From: an uncultured Hormoscilla sp.
GTDB taxonomy: Bacteria > Cyanobacteriota > Cyanobacteriia > Cyanobacteriales > Desertifilaceae
Direction: 5' to 3'
Assembly (NCBI GenBank): GCA_963921275.4
Contig: OZ001293.3
Coordinates: 6,688,001 to 6,752,000 of the forward strand
Length of the DNA stretch: 64,000 bases
Positions within the stretch are counted from its first letter, which is position 1; each line of letters opens with the position of its first letter. This document shows, piece by piece, positions 57,497-64,000 of the stretch. The notes under the pieces are model-generated. The model did no database searches and was not told where the DNA came from. It saw only the letters and a program-made list of their open reading frames with translations. The position numbers and the translations under genes are program-made.

Positions 57497-58522
57497 TTAG
57501 GGAAACAGATGCCCGATCTCCTGTCCAGGTTCGGGCTGTTTCACTAGCGATTCGCCAATCAATACAGCAGCAGCACCCGCATCGCCAACCAGTTTCAGGT
57601 CAGTTGGAGTATGGAGTCCCGACTCACTCACTACTAATATACCCCGTGCTTGCAAAATATGCCCCCGGGCCTCTAGCAGCTGGCAAGTTGTTTGCAAGTC
57701 TACGGAAAAATCTTCCAAATTGCGATTATTAATCCCGACTATGGTAACGTCTTTCAGAGCTAAAACTCGGTCTAGTTCTGCTAGAGAGTGAACTTCTATC
57801 AAGGGAGTCATCTGCAATACCCTCGCGATCTTCACAAAGTATTGCAGATCCCGATCGCCCAGAATGGCCGCTATTAACAGTACCGCATCCGCGCCATAGA
57901 TCCGGGCCAGATATATTTGGTAAGGATAGATGATAAACTCCTTACATAACAAGGGCAAGTCTACAGCATTTCTGACCTGACCCAGGTTTTCAAAGCTGCC
58001 TTGAAAGTATTTTGCATCCGTGAGCACCGACAGGCAAGTTGCGCCCCCTTGCTGGTAGGAACGGGCGATCGCCACTGGATCGAAGTCCTCGCGAATCACC
58101 CTTAGAAGATGCTGTGGGCGAATTACCAGATCATGCGCTATGAGTAGGGAGCAGGGAGCAGGGAGCAGGGAGAGGGGAGAGGGATGAAATCATTGATTTC
58201 TGGTGGTTCGGGACAACTGGGGGTGAAACCCCAGTTAATTACCCCACAGTATCTTAGAAGGAGAGACCTTTTTCACTTCAGCGATGAGGGCGGGGGAAGT
58301 TTTGCCCCTGCGCAAGGCCCCGACAAAGTCCCGGGATGCTGGCGCTTTCTCTACCTGACGCTTCAGGTCGCTCAAAGGTAACTTTGAGCGCCTCTGGTCA
58401 ATTTCCTTTTCTTTGTGCCAGACAATTTATATATTCTGGGGGGCGCTATCAGGCAAAGTTACCTCATAACGCAGGTTAAGTAGATCTACAGGCGGGCTGG
58501 GGGAACGGCGACGGATTTGCAT
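57497..58522 (-). pseudogene. trpC: Indole-3-glycerol phosphate synthase, disrupted
   Basis: MQIRRR start, IAEVKK.SPSK, LSVLTD, LCKEF, GINNRNL, VSESG; in-frame TAA near 58428 (QNI*IVW), a 144-bp insertion and a frame loss at the insertion site. Confidence 0.9.
58109..58252. mobile_element. MITE, 144 bp, inside trpC
   Basis: TIR AT(G/A)CTGTGGG..AATTA; CTTAGAAG at 58101-58108 and 58253-58260; internal GGGAGCA heptamers. Confidence 0.82.
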
Positions 58523-58632
58523 AAATTACTCATTGTTAATTGTCAATTGCTAATTGTCAATTGTTGATTGTCAATTGTCAATTGCTAAAAAGGGATGGTG
58601 CCGACCACCTCCGGACAGGCGGGACGTCCGTC

Positions 58633-58742
58633 CTACCCATGAGACATCGCCCGTTTATAGGCATCGTCCAGGACTTCTGAGAGTGTGGGATGGGTGTGAA
58701 CCAGATGGCCCAGGGTATTGACTGACTGACGTGAGGCGATCG
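58633..58742 (-). pseudogene. lpdA: C-terminal stub of dihydrolipoamide dehydrogenase
   Basis: IASRQSVNTLGHLVHTHPTLSEVLDDAYKRA*: HPTxxE motif; located directly upstream of trpC. Confidence 0.75.
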
Positions 58743-58796
58743 GCAACTTTTTGATTAAGTCTATCACATCTTTAATAAAATGGTATTAGTTTTGTC

Positions 58797-59846
58797 TTAC
58801 ACTTCAACTGGTGTATCCTCCCGAGGCTGGCTACCATTTCCGGACACCTCCACTTCGATGTCTCCGGAGACATCGACCCGAGGTTGTAGTAATTCTTGGC
58901 GGAAAGCTTGCTTGGTTTGAACATTCAAGTACCGATGCTGTAAGCTTTGCCATTGCTGCCATGCTTGGTAACGGTTGTTGGCCAACAGTCCGGCGAGGTG
59001 AGGAGTTTTGGTGCGGATGCCCGAACCAAAGACATGGTTGAGGAATTCTTCCAAAACTTGAGAGTCTTGAATGTCACCCAAGACTGTTTGCACCTGCTTC
59101 ACGTCTTCCACATAATCTTGATAAGTAGGACCATACAGATCGGTAAATAAGCTCATTTGGTAGCGCACCCGCTTGGCTTGTTTGCGGAGGCTGTGCAGCA
59201 TCTTTCCCTGAGTGGCTATTAGTGACTCGACAGTTGCGGGTGTCATTTTCTGGGGACTGTCACTCGACCTATCGGAAAGTTGCACTCCCACTAGCCAACC
59301 GGGGTGCAGCAGCAGCTGGCTGCTCAAGGACAAAAGTATATCTGGCAGCACATCTGTAACTGGCATCTGGGCGAATTCTTTATAGGTCGGCAACCCCAGC
59401 CACCCTTGCAGAGTTTGCTTCAGTTTCTGGTATTCTTTCTGATGCTTGAGGGTTGTCTGTACTTGTTTTAAGGCTTTGCGTCGCTGTTTTGCCAGCTTCG
59501 TCAGGGCGAACTTCACTTGGGGCTGTTCTTGAGTCGGTACGGCAGGTTGGTAACGGCTTTTCAGGGCTTCTTGGAGGACATCTAGATCTCTGAGGTTTCC
59601 CAGGATGCGGACAATTTTGCCAATTTCTTTCTCACTAGCGGCTTTGGGTAAGTCTAAGGCGGCTGCGAAACCTGTCACTATTGTCCGCAAGCGCCGCATC
59701 ACGATCCGCATTTGGTGCAGTGCTTCTGGATCTCGGTCCTTGAGCACGTCGCTTTCGTACTTGATGGTTTTCTGGAAATATTTGGCGATCGCCAACTTGG
59801 CCCAGTCTCCGAGAGTTTCTGTCTGGCCTCGGGTTTGTATGCTCAT
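58797..59846 (-). CDS. CHAD domain protein
   Basis: DPEALHQMRIVMRRLR, LGNLRDLDV, LHSLRKQAKRVRY, LGDIQD. Confidence 0.92.
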   Translation of the reverse strand: MSIQTRGQTETLGDWAKLAIAKYFQKTIKYESDVLKDRDPEALHQMRIVMRRLRTIVTGFAAALDLPKAASEKEIGKIVRILGNLRDLDVLQEALKSRYQPAVPTQEQPQVKFALTKLAKQRRKALKQVQTTLKHQKEYQKLKQTLQGWLGLPTYKEFAQMPVTDVLPDILLSLSSQLLLHPGWLVGVQLSDRSSDSPQKMTPATVESLIATQGKMLHSLRKQAKRVRYQMSLFTDLYGPTYQDYVEDVKQVQTVLGDIQDSQVLEEFLNHVFGSGIRTKTPHLAGLLANNRYQAWQQWQSLQHRYLNVQTKQAFRQELLQPRVDVSGDIEVEVSGNGSQPREDTPVEV

Positions 59847-59924
59847 TGTATATACTACCTCCACAAGTCAGTAAGGGTTCAAACTATTCTCACTTCAGCT
59901 GAATGTCACTGCTGTGTCCCCTAT

Positions 59925-60125
59925 GCATGTGCTCCTACGATGTCTCCGCCGTGTCTCCTGGGTAGTGCTCCTACGATGTTCCCCGGGTAGTGCGATTACG
60001 ATGTCTCCGGAGTAGTGCTCCTACGATGTCTCCTGGGTAGTGCTCAACCGCGCTCCCAGGAGACATCAAGCTCTCCAGAGACATCGAGCTCCCGGGGAAC
60101 ATCTAGCGACCAGGAGACACGGCCT
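59925..60125. repeat. Cluster of short GGAGACATCG / CGATGTCTCC repeats in both orientations
   Basis: Same motif also occurs at 35935-36045 and 36640-36655. Confidence 0.65.
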
Positions 60126-60581
60126 GGGTAGTGCGGCTGGAGGGAGGCACGGCTTATTTCGCTGCCATTCCACTTCAGTTTAACTTCAATTCATCTTTAG
60201 GTTAACACAAAGTTAACAAAATCAGCCTATCTGATGACAATATTTTGTAATGCTACTAATAACTTAAGTGGGCTAGCTGTATAAATTGACATGGGATGAT
60301 TTTATCTGTTGCACTCAATCGCGATAAAAACCTTGTTATCATTATATGTAGCATGATTTAATAGAAATAAATTATTTTCATATTATACTGCGAACGGTCA
60401 GGAACTGAGCTTTTTGGGGCTGTAAAGAATGTCACTGGACAGTGGGAAGTTCTTTCGATGTATGCCATTAGAAATACGAACAAGGGAACAGAGGTGAGAC
60501 AAAAAAACACTCCCGCAGGCTTGGCCACAGGAATGTTATATACTGGTAGAGTTATGGAGACTCAACCAGTAGAAATCAATT

Positions 60582-61034
60582 ATGGGCATTCTAGAATCTC
60601 TCGGCATTAATATTATTACCACAGAGTCAGAAGTTAACCGCAAAGATGTCCTGCAACTGCTACGGGAAATACAATATTACTAGCGCAGTCGCCGCATTCG
60701 TCAAGGACATGCCCGCAAACGCCTGCAAGGTAAACCGCCACCGGGTAAAGTACCCTACGGATACAAGCGGGGTAAAAATAGCTATGCGATCGATCGGGCG
60801 GCGGCGCCAGTAGTGAAGGATTTTTTTGCACAATTTCTGCTGTATGGTTCTTTGCGGGGTGCGGTGCGCTATTTGGAGAAGAGATATGGCAAGAAGATAT
60901 CGGTTTCTACAGGACGGCGGTGGCTGACTAACCCCGTGTATCGGGGGGATACGGCTTTCCGAGATGGTGAGATTATCTCGGATACCTATGTAGCAATTAT
61001 TTTACGAGAAGAGGCGGCCCAGGTAGTAAATTAG
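60582..61034 (+). pseudogene. Serine recombinase family remnant
   Basis: RSRRIRQGH...PPPGKVPYGY...WLTNPVYRG; TAG at 60681 and truncation at both ends. Confidence 0.75.
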
Positions 61035-61106
61035 GGGGGCCGAGCTGCGGGAACCGCAAGATTTGACGGCCACAATTCGTCCCCTGCAATGCTGCGGTGC
61101 TGAGCT

Positions 61107-64000
61107 CTAGGTCGGTAGGAGAGGAGTGCTATTCTGATCGCTCACGTAAATCTTTGAAATCCCCTGTAGGGTGACCAGGGTGTCCCTTTCAAAGTTAATC
61201 AAGGTATCTAGGCCCTGATAGACGTGAGCCAAATCTACCGTTCCGGAAAAATCGCGTCCAGCCCGATCGCGTTCAGCCCCGTCCGTATAATCTTCAAAGT
61301 CTATGATAGTACCCATCATGTCCGACTCCAGAACAAAAATATTGGCCTCTGATCCTTCGTAGAGACGATCGCTTCCATGGTTTCCGTAGACGCGATCTCT
61401 TCCCTCCCTGCCGATCAGAGTGTCCTCCTCCTCCTTCTCAAAGAGTGATAAAGTTAGGGGTTGGGGGTTGAGAGTTAGGGATTGACGAGTATTGCTGAAG
61501 TTAAGGTCGGTAGGAGAGGAGTTGACATTGTTGACATTAATAGTAAAAGCCTCCGAGTAACTAAGCCCACCAGCATCAGTAGTCTGGACGCGGATGCTGT
61601 AACTGGACTGGGTCTCAAAGTCAGGGGAACTGTTAATTTGCAGTGAGTTCCCTTCTATGGTGAAGGCGTCGTTATCATCGGCACCAGCGCCTCCGACTAA
61701 CTGGTAGGTAAAGGTATCGGAAGAGTCAGGATCGGTAGTTGAGAAAGTCCCTACGACTGCATTATCAGGGGAGTTAGAATCAATGCTGCTGCTGCTAAGG
61801 ACTAGGTCGGTAGGAGACTCGCCGACATCGTTGACATTAATAGTCAAGACCTCCTCAAAACTATTACTAGCAGAGTCAGTAGTCTGGACGCGGAGGCTGT
61901 AACTGGACTGAGTCTCAAAGTCCAAAGAACTGTTAGTTAGCAGTTGGTCCCCTACTATAGTAAAGGCATTGTTGCCCGATCCAAGCATGTAGGTAAAGCT
62001 ATCTCCCTCGTCGGGGTCAGTAGTAGACAAAGTCCCACAACTGCACCCAATGGAGAGTTAGAATCAATGCTGCTGCTGCTAAGGACTAGGTCGGTAGGAG
62101 ACTCGCCGACATCGTTGACGCTAATAGTCAAGGCTTCTGAGTAACTGTTCCCAGTAGAGTCAGTAGTCTGGACGCCGATGCTGTAACTCGATTTTCTCTC
62201 AAAGTCAGGGGAACTGTTAATTTGCAGTGAGTTCCCTTCTATGGTGAAGGCGTCGTTATCATCGGCACCAGCGCCTCCGACTAACTGGTAGGTAAAGGTA
62301 TCGGAAGAGTCAGGATCGGTAGTTGAGAAAGTCCCTACGACTGCATTATCAGGGGAGTTAGAATCAATGCTGCTGCTGCTAAGGACTAGGTCGGTAGGAG
62401 ACTCGCCGACATCGTTGACATTAATAGTCAAGACCTCCTCAAAACTATTACTAGCAGAGTCAGTAGTCTGGACGCGGAGGCTGTAACTGGACTGAGTCTC
62501 AAAGTCCAAAGAACTGTTAGTTAGCAGTTGGTCCCCTACTATAGTAAAGGCATTGTTGCCCGATCCAAGCATGTAGGTAAGCTATCTCCCTCGTCGGGGT
62601 CAGTAGTAGACAAAGTCCCCACAACTGCACCCAATGGAGAGTTAGAATCAATGCTGCTGCTGCTAAGGACTAGGTCGGTAGGAGACTCGCCGACATCGTT
62701 GACGCTAATAGTCAAGGCTTCTGAGTAACTGTTCCCAGTAGAGTCAGTAGTCTGGACGCCGATGCTGTAACTCGATTTTATCTCAAAGTCAGGGGAACTG
62801 TTAATTTGCAGTGAGTTCCCTTCTATGGTGAAGGCGTCGTTATCATCGGCACTAGCGCCTCCGATTAACTGGTAGGTAAAGGTATCGGAAGAGTCAGGAT
62901 CGGTAGTTAAGAAAGTCCCTACGACTGCATTATCAGGGGAGTTAGAATCAATGCTGCTGCTGCTAAGGACTAGGTCGGTAGGAGAGGAGTTGACATTGTT
63001 GACATTAATAGTAAAAGCCTCCGAGTAACTAAGCCCACCAGCATCAGTAGTCTGGACGCGGATGCTGTAACTGGACTGAGTCTCAAAGTCCAAAGAACTG
63101 TTAGTTAGCAGTTGGTCCCCTACTATAGTAAAGGCATTGTTGCCGGAGACAAGCATGTAGGTAAAGCTATCTCCCTCGTTGGGGTCGGTAGTAGAGAAAG
63201 TCCCTACGACTGCACCCAATGGAGAGTTAGAATCAATGCTGCTGTTGCTGAGTTCTAGATCGGTAGGAGGGGAGTTCTCTATAACAATGTCAAAGGTATC
63301 TGTCACTTCAGATTTCGCTCTGTCGATGGCGGTTACCGTCACGGTAAAGGTGTCTGCGGTAGTAGGGATACCGCTGATAACTCCCTGAGAGTTGATCGTT
63401 ACGCCCCCTGGTAAACCGGTAGCTGTGTAATTGTCGATGTTGTTATTGATGTCGCCGAAATTTGCGCTAATGTCTATGTTGAGGTTATTACCTAGCAAGA
63501 GTTGGACGTCGGGAATCTCGGTTAAAACATAAGGGGGGTTTTCCAATCGCTTTGAGGCACTCAAATCTAGAACCTCTTGGGGGATGCTGCCAGTCAGTTG
63601 GTTGTCGGACAGCTGGAGAAACTCCAAATTGGAAAGATTCCCTAACTCCGTCGGGATGCTGCCAGTCAGTTGGTTGTCGGACAGCTGGAGAAACTCCAAA
63701 TTGGAAAGATTCCCTAACTCCGTCGGGATGCTGCCAGTCAGTCGGTTTCTGTCCAGCTGGAGATCCTTCAAATTGGAAAGATTCCCTAACTCCGTCGGGA
63801 TGCTGCCAGTCAGTTGGTTGGAGTTCAGCTGGAGAAGTTGCAAATTAGAAAGATTCCCTAACTCCGTCGGGATGCTGCCAGTCAGTTGGTTGGAGAACAG
63901 CTGGAGATCCTCCAAATTGGAAAGATTCCCTAACTCCGTCGGGATGCTGCCAGTCAGTTGGTTGTCGGACAGCTGGAGAAACTCCAAATTGGAAAGATTC
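61107..64000 (-). CDS. LRR-Ig-cadherin adhesin paralogue, 5' end outside window; six cadherin-like repeats; two homopolymer frameshifts
   Basis: Same LRR and ENPPYVLTEIPDVQ...DTFDIVI block as 876-1170; frame breaks near 62580 and 62035 where sister repeats have one more A or C. Confidence 0.85.

Noticed and set aside
14364..60683. Stop-codon reassignment explaining in-frame stops
   Set aside because: Both TAA and TAG occur at positions expecting different residues, they co-occur with deletions and insertions, and intact genes end normally with these codons.
60582..61100. Functional invertase for the adhesin pair or an excision element
   Set aside because: The recombinase is truncated with an internal stop and no recombination sites were identifiable.
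596..63987. Diversity-generating retroelement acting on LRR or cadherin repeats
   Set aside because: No reverse transcriptase or TR/VR pair with adenine-specific differences seen; variation looks like ordinary repeat divergence.

Overview
Cyanobacterial chromosomal window: petB-petD, ctpA, ruvB, ilvD, gmd, frequent HIP1 GCGATCGC sites and heptamer tandem repeats. It probably comes from a filamentous Oscillatoriales-type lineage undergoing genome erosion, judging by many nonsense codons, internal deletions and several unrelated MITE families inserted into genes; a host-associated lifestyle is only an inference. The main signal is a 871-nt ORF-less group II intron present in four near-identical copies. 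All four are sense-oriented, sit between codons and share a target consensus. Two split one pentapeptide-repeat gene into three exons, and one each splits an Fe/2OG dioxygenase and a CmcI-family gene. Frame restoration at all four sites implies an atypical 3' end (...ACCCCAUCC rather than ...AY). Also present: an orphan non-NRPS/PKS tailoring-enzyme cluster (about 42-57 kb), an HxlR-DUF488-DUF488-dual-OB operon, tandem STAS-like/PIN modules, DUF433/DUF5615 toxin-antitoxin pairs, a multiply broken trpC next to an lpdA stub, and two inverted LRR-cadherin adhesin paralogues at the window ends. All family assignments are from motif recognition by eye, without database searches.
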